Positions 8,216-17,188 of a DNA stretch of 64,000 nucleotides are shown here, in pieces (position 1 is the first letter of the stretch; each line of letters starts with the position of its first letter). The position numbers were made by a program, and so were the translations under genes. This DNA comes from an uncultured Pseudomonadales bacterium. Lineage in GTDB: Bacteria; Patescibacteriota; Microgenomatia; UBA1400; UBA12028. The notes beneath the pieces are model-generated. The model did no database searches. It saw only the letters and a list, made by a program, of their open reading frames with translations, and had not been told where the DNA came from. The stretch lies in assembly GCA_964635905.1 (NCBI GenBank), contig CAZWPK010000001.1, positions 437,096-501,095 on the forward strand, given 5' to 3'.

Positions 8216-10852
8216 GTGGTGAAATTTTTGCATCGTTTACTTCATCGTCAAAAAAAGAGACTCTCTTCTTTTTCCAGGTCTGGATTTCGAACTGCGACAC
8301 ATGGGGATTTAAAAGGGTTAAAGATTGTCCGGATTATTTCCATGCTGTTTTTAGGCGGGGTGGTTACTGGTATGATTGGTTTCCTAATTGTGGCTACGAT
8401 CCTTTCCTTTACTCTTCCTAATCCGCAAAATGTGATTCGGAATGAGGGCTTTAGTACGAAGATCTTGGATCGAGAGGGCAACCTTCTCTACGACGTGTTT
8501 GATAATGAACGCATTGTTCCCGTGGTAAAAGACGAGGTTCCCCTCTATTTAAAGCAAGCAACAGTTGCAGTAGAAGACAAGGATTTCTATAAGCATGCAG
8601 GGTTTGATCCGTTGACTCCGTTACGCATGATTCAGAACCTGATTTTCAAACATCGTTTGATTGGTGGATCTACCTTAACCCAACAATTGACTAAAAACAG
8701 ATTGCTGGATAGTAGTCGCACTCCAACGCGTAAGTTTAAGGAGCTTTTACTCTCGATGCAGATTGAGCAAGCTTTCTCCAAAGATGACATTTTACTCCTC
8801 TATCTCAATGAAACGCCGTACGGTGGAAACTCCCGCGGAGTGGGTGCTGCCGCAGAACAATACTTTGGCAAGAAAGTCTCGGATCTCACCTTAGTGGAAT
8901 CCGCGATCCTAGCTGGTTTGCCACAACGACCGTCCGTCTATTCGCCACTGTTTGGACAGAAAGATGAAAATGGAGTGGGATACTGGGTTGGACGTACCTA
9001 TGCAGTCCTTCGTCGCATGCGGGAGGATGGATATATTACTGAGGATCAAGAGAAATTTGCGCTTGATGAATTAAAACTAAAGACATTTGATCGACCAGCG
9101 GTGGAGATTAAGGCCCCGCACTTTGTCTTTTATGTTCGTGATTTGTTAGAGGAAGAGTACGGGAATCAAGTGCTAGAAACTGGTGGATTGAAAGTAACGA
9201 CCACACTTGATCTGCGTCTGCAACAGGAGGCTCAAAAAATTGTCCGTGAAGAGATCGCAAAAGTGGAGAAACTGCATATTACCAACGGATCTGCGATGGT
9301 CATGGATCCAAAGTCTGGAGAAATCCTCTCGATGGTGGGGAGTAAAGACTTTTTCTCCAAAGATATTGATGGTCAATTCAATGTTGCGGTGAACGGGCTT
9401 CGGCAACCCGGATCCTCCATCAAGCCAGTAACCTATCTGTTAGCGCTCCGACGTGGGTATACACCAGCATCGCTGATCGCCGATGTTCCTACAACTTTCC
9501 CTGGAGGAACCGGACAGAAAGATTACGAACCTAAAAACTATAATGGGAAATACCCTGGTCCGATTCAACTGCGATTTGCGTTAGGAAATTCACAAAACAT
9601 TTCTGCGGTCAAACTTCTTGCAAAAGTCGGAGTTATGGATATGTTGGGTCTTGCTTATGAAATGGGATTTAAGACCTTGGAGCCCACCGCTGCAAATCAA
9701 CGACGATTTGGACTAGCCATTACTTTAGGAGGTGGAGAAGTACATTTGATCGATTCGGTATCTTCCTACTCGTCGTTTGCCAATGGCGGGAAAAAGATTG
9801 ACCCTGTTGCGATTCTCAAGATTGAAGATCGCAGTGGCAAGGTTTTATATGAGCATAAGCCAACGAACGGCAAGCATGTCATGTCTCCTGAGGAATCCTT
9901 TTTAATTAGTCACATCCTTTCCGACAATAATGCGCGTTCTGGAGCATTTGGAGCGAATTCACAACTTAATTTTGGTGAACGTGCAATTGCGGTCAAAACC
10001 GGTACCACGAACAACTTAGTCGATAACTGGACAATTGGTTGGTCGCGCAATGCAATCGTGGGAGTCTGGGTGGGAAACAACGATAACACGTCCATGAAGT
10101 CTGTGGCATCTGGACTCACTGGTGCTTCGCCAATCTGGCGACGCATCATGTTGGATGCCATTTCCAAAGGATACAAGGATCAAGCTTGGGAAATCCCTTC
10201 TGGGGTAGAAGCAGTCCAGGTCGATGCCGTGTCCGGATATCCAGAACACGATGGATTCCAAGCGCGTACCGAGTATGTCCTGAAAGGGACATTGCCTGCA
10301 CTCCCCGATCCCATCCACACCAAACTCAAACTCTGTAGAGGACAAAACAAACTGGCATCCGAAGCGGATCTTGCCGGTGGAAACTATGATGAGAAAGAGT
10401 TCATCGTTTTGCGCGAAGATGATCCCGTAAGTACTGATGGGAAGAATCGTTGGCAAGATGGAATCAATGCCTGGATCGGTGCCCAGGGAGATACGCGCTA
10501 CATGGTGCCAACGGAAAACTGTGATAGTACCAACGCTGTCTGGGTAGCGTTTGAACCTAACCTAGACAAGAAAAACATTACGGGTAATGAGGTGGAAATG
10601 AAACTAAAAACCGCCAGCGATGGCGAGATGGATCGAGTGGAAATCTATATCAATGATGCCCTAAAAACAACGTTACGTGATCGCCCGTATGAAACAAAGC
10701 TCGTCTTGGATCCTGGGAAATATAAAGTCTACGCAAAAGCCTATCGCAAAGATGGGAAAACCGGAACCACCACCGATCAATTCATCGGAGTTGGCGGAGT
10801 AGCTTGGGATCAGTCGCCGTCTCCCACTCCAAGTCCGAGTGCAACTCCATAA
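8216..10852 (+). CDS. class A penicillin-binding protein (bifunctional GT51 transglycosylase / transpeptidase, PBP1A-like)
   Basis: N-terminal TM helix. GT51 motif VAVEDKDFYKHAGFDP. Transpeptidase motifs SSIKP (SxxK), SQN and KTGTT. Ser/Pro/Thr-rich C-terminal tail. Confidence 0.9.
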   Translation: MVKFLHRLLHRQKKRLSSFSRSGFRTATHGDLKGLKIVRIISMLFLGGVVTGMIGFLIVATILSFTLPNPQNVIRNEGFSTKILDREGNLLYDVFDNERIVPVVKDEVPLYLKQATVAVEDKDFYKHAGFDPLTPLRMIQNLIFKHRLIGGSTLTQQLTKNRLLDSSRTPTRKFKELLLSMQIEQAFSKDDILLLYLNETPYGGNSRGVGAAAEQYFGKKVSDLTLVESAILAGLPQRPSVYSPLFGQKDENGVGYWVGRTYAVLRRMREDGYITEDQEKFALDELKLKTFDRPAVEIKAPHFVFYVRDLLEEEYGNQVLETGGLKVTTTLDLRLQQEAQKIVREEIAKVEKLHITNGSAMVMDPKSGEILSMVGSKDFFSKDIDGQFNVAVNGLRQPGSSIKPVTYLLALRRGYTPASLIADVPTTFPGGTGQKDYEPKNYNGKYPGPIQLRFALGNSQNISAVKLLAKVGVMDMLGLAYEMGFKTLEPTAANQRRFGLAITLGGGEVHLIDSVSSYSSFANGGKKIDPVAILKIEDRSGKVLYEHKPTNGKHVMSPEESFLISHILSDNNARSGAFGANSQLNFGERAIAVKTGTTNNLVDNWTIGWSRNAIVGVWVGNNDNTSMKSVASGLTGASPIWRRIMLDAISKGYKDQAWEIPSGVEAVQVDAVSGYPEHDGFQARTEYVLKGTLPALPDPIHTKLKLCRGQNKLASEADLAGGNYDEKEFIVLREDDPVSTDGKNRWQDGINAWIGAQGDTRYMVPTENCDSTNAVWVAFEPNLDKKNITGNEVEMKLKTASDGEMDRVEIYINDALKTTLRDRPYETKLVLDPGKYKVYAKAYRKDGKTGTTTDQFIGVGGVAWDQSPSPTPSPSATP

Positions 10853-10855
10853 AAG

Positions 10856-11156
10856 TATGTCAACTCTTGAACAACAGTATACTCAATTATTATCAACCCC
10901 GACTCGGATCGATGAGGGATCTGTTGGTTTGATATTACTTCCAACTGGTGAATGGCATTATATTGAGACAAGGTTGTCAATTGGGTTTGAGCTCTCAGAT
11001 TTGTCAGAAGTCTTATACTACTTTGCTTTGATGACAGATTCCCAAGCAGCTGCACTAGAAAAAAATGATGACGATGATTCTGATGGACTAGAAAATTATG
11101 TTAAAGAAAACTGGGACAGACTGCTTCAAAACTTAATTTCGCGAATGCGTGCGTAA
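10856..11156 (+). CDS. hypothetical acidic protein (~100 aa)
   Basis: ORF with an Asp-rich C-terminus and a weak RBS. Confidence 0.2.
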
Positions 11157-11187
11157 TTTGACTCTATAACAGTCGATAGCAGTATCG

Positions 11188-11664
11188 CTATACTCCATTG
11201 CGTTGATCAATGAGGCCGCCAATGAAGTTTGCGGGATAGACAAGTTTGTCATTGTCGAAGATACTCTCAGATCCTTGGTATCGTTCTACACTACCGATCC
11301 ACTGGTTGGTGTAGCGGAGTGAATCAAGGATTAACTCTTTGGGTCCTCGAAACGGAGCGTCAGCTGGCATCTTTTGAAGCGCCTGACGAAGGATCGCATA
11401 GACGGCATCGGTGTTTGCCTGGGGTTCTACCCAGCCATAGTAGACCATAATCCAAACGGGCTTCCCTTCCAAGGAGACTACTAAACGCCCTCCGTATGGT
11501 TCGCCACCAAAGAAATTATCATGACTGGAGAACGCACCTTTTGAATAAGGGATTGTCGTGGAACCATCTTTCTCTTTGATCCACTGCTTTTCTTCTCCCG
11601 TAGCATAGCCGGCTTGATTAGAATCTAATAAGAATCTTTGTAGCTGATTGACTGACAATTTCAT
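11188..11664 (-). CDS. conserved hypothetical protein (158 aa); close paralog of the ORF at 59734-60204
   Basis: Shares ~65% identity with the 156-aa ORF in the downstream island (LLDSNxAGYAxGEEKxWIKExDGSTTIPYxKG...FFGGEPYGGRLV...VWxMVYYGWV). Confidence 0.5.
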   Translation of the reverse strand: MKLSVNQLQRFLLDSNQAGYATGEEKQWIKEKDGSTTIPYSKGAFSSHDNFFGGEPYGGRLVVSLEGKPVWIMVYYGWVEPQANTDAVYAILRQALQKMPADAPFRGPKELILDSLRYTNQWIGSVERYQGSESIFDNDKLVYPANFIGGLIDQRNGV

Positions 11665-11666
11665 AG

Positions 11667-11996
11667 CTAGCTGCGCTTTCGCTGTTCAAGAAGGCTATTG
11701 AATGCGACAACAATTTGTGCCGTTGTGGGATTTTCCGGTAATTCAAGCTGAAGTCTATTTTCAGTTGCAGCCTGATTGAGAGCTGCAATCACAAGTGTCC
11801 TGAACTTTTCGATATTTGGAAGACTTCGTTGTTCTTCATCCATGACAGTTTTCGTTTTGATCAGAAACGCGTCACCCATTTTCTCAAGTACAGTTGGATT
11901 TGAGGCGGTGGGTAAGACGTTAATGAAATGATGTCTCAGGGCTAACGAAATTCCTTGGCGGAGCTTTCGGTGTTCTTCTTGTTCAACTTTTGGCAT
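11667..11996 (-). CDS. hypothetical protein (109 aa) downstream of pheT
   Basis: ORF, tightly spaced between pheT and the 158-aa gene. Confidence 0.35.
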   Translation of the reverse strand: MPKVEQEEHRKLRQGISLALRHHFINVLPTASNPTVLEKMGDAFLIKTKTVMDEEQRSLPNIEKFRTLVIAALNQAATENRLQLELPENPTTAQIVVAFNSLLEQRKRS

Positions 11997-12001
11997 AGGT
12001 G

Positions 12002-14023
12002 TTATTGCAGTGTACCGACTAAGGTAAGCCCCGCGGATGTGCTAAGTGCGTCGATAATGGTTTTTCGAATTTGGGTTGCATCTTCTGCTGTCAGTTGTTT
12101 GTCGCCAGCATAAGTTAGAGAGAAAGTTGCATTATGTTTGTAGATATCCACAAACTCTACATTCGTCACCAATGGGATTTGACGTATGGTATCAAGAATC
12201 ACTTGCATGGTGGCTGTGGGTGGTACGGTGAATGTTAGATCCTCCGTAATTGGAGTGAATTTGGAGGCAGCCACAACAGTCGGATAGGCTCGTGCCTTCG
12301 ACAATACCGTTCTCCAGTCCAAATCAATAATGCAAATATTCGTATAGTCTGAGTGTGGCAAGGTTAGGAAGGTTCCTATGGATAGTCCATCATCATGAAT
12401 GATCGTTTTGAAAGGACTATCGGTTTTTTGATAGCTTGGAGCGCTCAGATAGAGGTGGGATAGGACTGCAGACACCATACCTTTGGCAAATCTAGCGTTC
12501 CCTTTAAAGCTGAGCGTCAGGTGTAACTCTTCTGTTGGAAGAACAGTGTTGGAGGCAGTCGTTGCGGTGGAGGGAATGTAGACATTAGCGAATTCAAAGA
12601 CCCCAAGTTCTTTTCGAGTCGACGATTTCAAGAGTACAGAAAGGTGGGAAACCCACAGTGTTCGGCGTAAAAACACCATGTCATCGGTGAGAGGGTTTTT
12701 GATTTTTACGTGGGTTTTTTGTATGTCGGCTGTCGTTGCAACAAAGGCAGACTCCACAAAACGAGATTCTAGAGTTGCCATCTCTTCACTAATCATTGAA
12801 TAAGTGTAGAGTTCGGTGGCTCCTAGGGTTGCCAGCAATTGTTTGACCGCATGTTCGGTATCGAAACGATCATTCGTTGGAACATAGGGAATCTCACCCG
12901 GCATGAGGACCGATGGCAGATGATGGTATCCGTAGATACGGGCGACTTCTTCAATGATATCTTCGGGGATTTCTAAGTCCGGTCGAAAGCTCGGAGGTGT
13001 TACGCGATACGCATCCGCAGTGATTTCCACCTGGCACCCTAAGTTTTCCAGGATGGACTGCACCGTTGTTGCGGGTAACAAGACACCCAAATAGGCCTCA
13101 ATGCGCTTGGTGGGTGTAGACACTAAACGCGGAGCACGACTACCAGGGAAGTCGTCGTAGCGCTCACTAGACAGTGATCCACCAGCGAGGCTTGCGAAAT
13201 ACGCTACTCCTTTGTCAAACACATCAGAGGCGAGGGTGGGATCAACATTTTTTTCAGACAGCTGCGCGGCCACGGTTCGAATCGCATGGGTCATGGAGGC
13301 AAAACGAACTTTGGCAGGATCCAGAGTTTCCATCCAAAATAAGACGTTTTTGGTATCATCTTGGATTGCGGTGTTCTTTGTTCCCTTGATAGCGGGGAGA
13401 TCAATAATGTCCCCTGCTTCATTTTCAAACACCACCTCCCCGCCCACGGTGGTAAAGGTTTCACCATCAATGATTTGAAAGGTTTTTCCGGCTTGTGCTT
13501 CTTTTATCAGGATTACTCCTCCAGTCTGCATCACCTTGTCATAGTCAAAAGCATGACACGGATGGCCAAGGTCATGGGTGATGTAATTCGTGATGTCGAT
13601 GACGGCGTCATGCACATTAATGCCAACTAAGCGGAGGCGTTGTTGCATCCAGTCGGGTGCAGGGGTTTTTGAAACTCCCGCAACCACCTGACAGAGGATG
13701 CGTTTACACAACTTGGGGTCATTAACGATTCTAGGAAGTGGAAGGGTTGACGTGAACGCAGGGATAGTAGTTTGTAGCGGTTTTAGGCTTGAGGGAATAC
13801 CAGCCTGGGATAAGATGACTGCCATTTCGCGGGCTACTCCTCGAACGGACATACTATCCACGCGGTTGGTGGTGACTTCAATATCGTAAACGGGTTCATC
13901 CTCAATCGTGTGGATGCGTTCAATCGAAGGACCGGAAAGAGAGACTAGTCGCTGAATTTCTTGTGGAGTGGCAGTGGTTTCTAGATGATCAAGTAACCAA
14001 GAATGCGGAATGAGAATATTCAT
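12002..14023 (-). CDS. pheT: phenylalanine--tRNA ligase beta subunit (short form lacking the N-terminal tRNA-binding domain)
   Basis: 673 aa. B3/B4 and catalytic-like domains. Follows pheS with a 3-nt gap. Confidence 0.8.
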   Translation of the reverse strand: MNILIPHSWLLDHLETTATPQEIQRLVSLSGPSIERIHTIEDEPVYDIEVTTNRVDSMSVRGVAREMAVILSQAGIPSSLKPLQTTIPAFTSTLPLPRIVNDPKLCKRILCQVVAGVSKTPAPDWMQQRLRLVGINVHDAVIDITNYITHDLGHPCHAFDYDKVMQTGGVILIKEAQAGKTFQIIDGETFTTVGGEVVFENEAGDIIDLPAIKGTKNTAIQDDTKNVLFWMETLDPAKVRFASMTHAIRTVAAQLSEKNVDPTLASDVFDKGVAYFASLAGGSLSSERYDDFPGSRAPRLVSTPTKRIEAYLGVLLPATTVQSILENLGCQVEITADAYRVTPPSFRPDLEIPEDIIEEVARIYGYHHLPSVLMPGEIPYVPTNDRFDTEHAVKQLLATLGATELYTYSMISEEMATLESRFVESAFVATTADIQKTHVKIKNPLTDDMVFLRRTLWVSHLSVLLKSSTRKELGVFEFANVYIPSTATTASNTVLPTEELHLTLSFKGNARFAKGMVSAVLSHLYLSAPSYQKTDSPFKTIIHDDGLSIGTFLTLPHSDYTNICIIDLDWRTVLSKARAYPTVVAASKFTPITEDLTFTVPPTATMQVILDTIRQIPLVTNVEFVDIYKHNATFSLTYAGDKQLTAEDATQIRKTIIDALSTSAGLTLVGTLQ

Positions 14024-14026
14024 AAC

Positions 14027-15121
14027 CTAAAATTGTTCCAGTAATTGCAGGTCTCCGTTGTACAACATGCGAATATCATCGATATGTAAGCCCGGACGTA
14101 ACGTATACGTTCGCTCGATTCCCCAGCCGAATGCAAAGCCAGTATAGATCTCTGGATCTAGTCCTCCAGCTCGTAGGACATTGGGATGGACCATGCCTGC
14201 GCCACCCACCTCATGCCAACCCGATTTACAAAATCGACACTTTTCCCCGCTGGATAATGTGCCAGTTCCATCGCAAATCGTGCAGGAAAAATCGACTTCA
14301 AAGGAGGGTTCCGTGAACTGGAAATGAAAGGGACGAATGCGGGATTTGGCATTCGGTCCATAAAAGGAGCGCGCAAAATGATCAATCGTTCCTTTGAGGT
14401 GTTGAATGTTGATTCCCTTGTCCACCACTAACCCCTCAAACTGATGAAACATGGGGGTGTGGGTTACATCGGACTGTCGACGGTAGCAGCGGGCGATATT
14501 AATCATGCGAATAGGAGGATTTTTGAGTCGCTCCATTTCCCGAACTTGTCCGTTGGAGGTGTGCGGGGTGAGAACGACCTTGCCTCCCGCTATATCCGGA
14601 TGACGACAGCGTGGATTGATGGGATCATAGGGAATATCTTTTGTGGTTTCGGGAAGATCGATAAAGAATGTTTCCCATTCATCGCGGGCTGGATGATTGG
14701 GAGCCATGTTGAGAGACTCAAAGGCATACCAGTCCCAGTCAATTTCAGGGTACCGTACCCGCGTAAAGCCGATCTTTTCAAAAATTTGTGTGACTTCATG
14801 AATCGCTTGGGAAACGGGATGCACATGCCCAAGATTCAATTCTATCCCAGGTAGAGTGGGATCCTGCAATGTAGACGTAGCTGTAGACTCTGTGGTTTCC
14901 CCGAGTTCTTGGTTGAGCCATGTTTTTAAATCGTTGAGTGCAATCCCAGCTTCCTTGCGATCTTTGGGAGGTAATTCTTTGAGTACGTTGGTGAGTTCCT
15001 TAAACTTCCCATTCGCTCCCAGATAGGTGGAACGTTTTTGCACAGAATCCGTGGTATCGTTTGCAAAATTTCCCTTTAGCGTGGATATGGATTGGAAAAG
15101 TGTGTCAAGTGAAGTACTCAT
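14027..15121 (-). CDS. pheS: phenylalanine--tRNA ligase alpha subunit
   Basis: Class II motifs (FQFTEPSFEVD, GFAFGWGIERT). GGGAG RBS 8 nt upstream. Contains a CxxC...CxxC insertion (FSCTICDGTGTLSSGEKCRFC). Confidence 0.9.
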   Translation of the reverse strand: MSTSLDTLFQSISTLKGNFANDTTDSVQKRSTYLGANGKFKELTNVLKELPPKDRKEAGIALNDLKTWLNQELGETTESTATSTLQDPTLPGIELNLGHVHPVSQAIHEVTQIFEKIGFTRVRYPEIDWDWYAFESLNMAPNHPARDEWETFFIDLPETTKDIPYDPINPRCRHPDIAGGKVVLTPHTSNGQVREMERLKNPPIRMINIARCYRRQSDVTHTPMFHQFEGLVVDKGINIQHLKGTIDHFARSFYGPNAKSRIRPFHFQFTEPSFEVDFSCTICDGTGTLSSGEKCRFCKSGWHEVGGAGMVHPNVLRAGGLDPEIYTGFAFGWGIERTYTLRPGLHIDDIRMLYNGDLQLLEQF

Positions 15122-15360
15122 AGTCTGCTCCCGAGGCTTATGGACATCACCTGAGAAAATAAATGGGTATTTATTTCAGATAACGTTACAAATCCCTCAT
15201 ACAGAATCTTTGCATCATCGCGATTTAGTGATTCGAGTTCTGCTTTATACGATGCTGGAGTCTTATGTCTAACTTTCCAAGAAATGAAACTTAACCGCAT
15301 ATCTTCATGATCAGAAGTTGACTTCCAGTCTCTCGCGAGTGATTCCAATGTACTTGCCAT
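15118..15360 (-). CDS. hypothetical protein (80 aa) translationally coupled (ATGA overlap) to pheS
   Basis: ORF whose stop overlaps the pheS ATG. No SD upstream. Confidence 0.3.
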   Translation of the reverse strand: MASTLESLARDWKSTSDHEDMRLSFISWKVRHKTPASYKAELESLNRDDAKILYEGFVTLSEINTHLFSQVMSISLGSRL

Positions 15361-15383
15361 AGTTTCATTTTATCAGCTAATTG

Positions 15384-15410
15384 TATAAAAAAACCTCCAT
15401 CGTGTGGAGG
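15384..15410 (-). terminator. attenuator terminator hairpin (CCUCCACACGAUGGAGG + U7) of the pheST leader
   Basis: Read on the minus strand, a GC hairpin is followed by UUUUUUU. Its 5' arm can alternatively pair with an upstream UGGAGG at 15434-15439. Confidence 0.5.
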
Positions 15411-15441
15411 TCATTTGTTGTAGCACACCTTACCCTCCACA

Positions 15442-15492
15442 TTAGCGGTGGTTGGTAAAGAAAAAGCAGCTTGCTTTGTGTGCTGTATGCAT
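15442..15492 (-). CDS. pheST leader peptide (16 aa, MHTAHKASCFFFTNHR) with three consecutive Phe codons
   Basis: Short ORF atg cat aca gca cac aaa gca agc tgc ttt ttc ttt acc aac cac cgc taa lies immediately upstream of the alternative antiterminator/terminator hairpins. Analogous to E. coli pheM. Confidence 0.45.
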   Translation of the reverse strand: MHTAHKASCFFFTNHR

Positions 15493-15554
15493 ACAACCAT
15501 TATCCTATCAAAGGAACGTTCTTTTGCAAGATGAAGAATCGTGAAGGCATTAAA

Positions 15555-15585
15555 AAGGATGTGCCGATTAAACACATCCTTTCAT
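15555..15585 (-). terminator. rho-independent terminator downstream of rplT
   Basis: On the minus strand: AGGAUGUG-UUUAAUCGG-CACAUCCU followed by UUUUU. Confidence 0.55.
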
Positions 15586-15600
15586 TGTTTTCGTTGTGAT

Positions 15601-15954
15601 TTAGCCACGAACTTGGCTCACGATCTTCCCGAAGGATTTTTCGTCTTTAAGAGCAATATCTGCCAAGACCTTGCGATCAAGCAAAATATTTTTCTTTTTT
15701 AATTGATTGATAAATTCACTATAGCGAATTTTCTCATCAATGGCTTTTAAGGCTGCATTCAGACGAACGATCCACAGTTTTCGAAAATCACGCTTGCGAA
15801 GTCGTCGACCTGCGAACGCATACTGACCTGCATGCAAATCAGCTTCGATTGCAACTTTAATCAATCGGTTTTTAGTCATCCGGTACCCTTTGGTACGGGC
15901 TAAGATTTTTTTGTGGGATCGCCGTCGGGCGAATCCTGTTTTAACACGTGACAT
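15601..15954 (-). CDS. rplT: 50S ribosomal protein L20
   Basis: MSRVKTGFARRRSHKKIL... is canonical L20. Confidence 0.95.
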   Translation of the reverse strand: MSRVKTGFARRRSHKKILARTKGYRMTKNRLIKVAIEADLHAGQYAFAGRRLRKRDFRKLWIVRLNAALKAIDEKIRYSEFINQLKKKNILLDRKVLADIALKDEKSFGKIVSQVRG

Positions 15955-16001
15955 AGATGTCCTTATGTACTTTGGTTATTAAGATCTATTAATTGTTTCT
16001 G

Positions 16002-16199
16002 TTAGGCTAATCCAAGCATTTGCTTGATCTTTTTGGCGAATTTCCCTTTGACTTCGACGGGTACTCTGTAGCGTCGAATTGCCTTCTTACTCTTGTTCAT
16101 TCGAAGGTGTCGTGAGTTTTGGCGTCGTCGCATCACTTTACCGGTCGCGGTAATTTTGAAACGCTTCGCAACAATTTTACGTACTTTCTGTTTTGGCAT
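16002..16199 (-). CDS. rpmI: 50S ribosomal protein L35
   Basis: MPKQKVRKIVAKRFKITATGKV... is canonical L35. Confidence 0.95.
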   Translation of the reverse strand: MPKQKVRKIVAKRFKITATGKVMRRRQNSRHLRMNKSKKAIRRYRVPVEVKGKFAKKIKQMLGLA

Positions 16200-16207
16200 A
16201 AAGCTCC

Positions 16208-16762
16208 TTATTCTTGTGATTCTTCATTCTCTTCCGTTGTTTTGCGCTTTTTTACAGGGGCTAACTGCATAAAAGCATTTTTCCCGACTAACCGTGCGGG
16301 TGATTCCACTTTTGAGACATCATCGAGCAACTCCGTTGCTTTGGCAAAGATCGCATCGCCAAAATCCTTACGGGTGATTTCTCGACCCTTGTATTTTACT
16401 ACAAGCTTTACTTTGTCCCCACCTTCGAGATACTCTCGTGCTTTTTTGATTCGAACGTCAAAATCACCTTTGGCAATAAAGGGGGTAAACCAGATTTCTT
16501 TAAGCTCAATATTTTTACTTCTCTTTTTGTCGTCTTGCTGTTTTTGCTGTAACTGATACTTAAACTTGGCAAAATTGATCAGCTTTGCAACCGGTGGTTT
16601 TGCACTCGGAGCAACTTCCACCACATCGACATCCAGTTCCGCAGCTTTTGCCAGGGCTTCACTTTTCGTCATCACGCCCAACTGTTTTCCAAACTCATCC
16701 AGAACACGCATTTCTGATGCCTGGATAAATTGATTTACCTTAAAAAATACTTTTTTTGACAT
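16208..16762 (-). CDS. infC: translation initiation factor IF-3
   Basis: IF3 N- and C-domain motifs (VRVIDEFGKQLG..., ELKEIWF..., FAKFKYQ). Conserved thrS-infC-rpmI-rplT order. Confidence 0.9.
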   Translation of the reverse strand: MSKKVFFKVNQFIQASEMRVLDEFGKQLGVMTKSEALAKAAELDVDVVEVAPSAKPPVAKLINFAKFKYQLQQKQQDDKKRSKNIELKEIWFTPFIAKGDFDVRIKKAREYLEGGDKVKLVVKYKGREITRKDFGDAIFAKATELLDDVSKVESPARLVGKNAFMQLAPVKKRKTTEENEESQE

Positions 16763-16774
16763 GCAATCCTATCC

Positions 16775-17107
16775 TCAACGGCCAAGCCGCTTTCTTGAAG
16801 GACTTATTGTACCAAAACTCTCGACAAAAATACAGGAGAAGAGATACGTTAACAGAATATAGGCTAAAAAGAGGGTGGTGGAGTCTACCGGAGAGAGTGA
16901 TCCGGTAAAAGAATATCCCCCATCCCCTGCTCCTAAGGGTTTACTGGCCGAGGATATTTGGGTGTAGAAGAAGCGATACCAGGATGTGGGAAGGATGCCC
17001 ATGTACGCAAGTGAGCTGATCAGATAGAAAAGCAAAAAGGCAAACCAAATAGCGATCTTGGGGAGAGTCGGTTGAAGATAACGCTTGAATCGAGTGGTCA
17101 TGCGCAT
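16775..17107 (-). CDS. small membrane protein (110 aa, 2 predicted TM) inserted between thrS and infC
   Basis: ORF with two hydrophobic helices. Confidence 0.35.
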   Translation of the reverse strand: MRMTTRFKRYLQPTLPKIAIWFAFLLFYLISSLAYMGILPTSWYRFFYTQISSASKPLGAGDGGYSFTGSLSPVDSTTLFLAYILLTYLFSCIFVESFGTISPSRKRLGR

Positions 17108-17188
17108 ACAAAAACGGGTAGGAGTGCTTACGTTCCTACCCGTCTATCTTACACTTTTTCTGACTGATTTCGCAGGGGTGATCACCAA

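Noticed and set aside
10016-10456. Antisense ORFs within PBP1A, pheT, thrS, SecA, ATP synthase genes and others (e.g. 10016-10456, 13174-13630, 17208-17459, 36598-37231, 51262-52566)
   Set aside because: All lie inside, and antisense to or out of frame with, long genes that have strong homology signatures. They are typical spurious ORFs of moderate-GC DNA.
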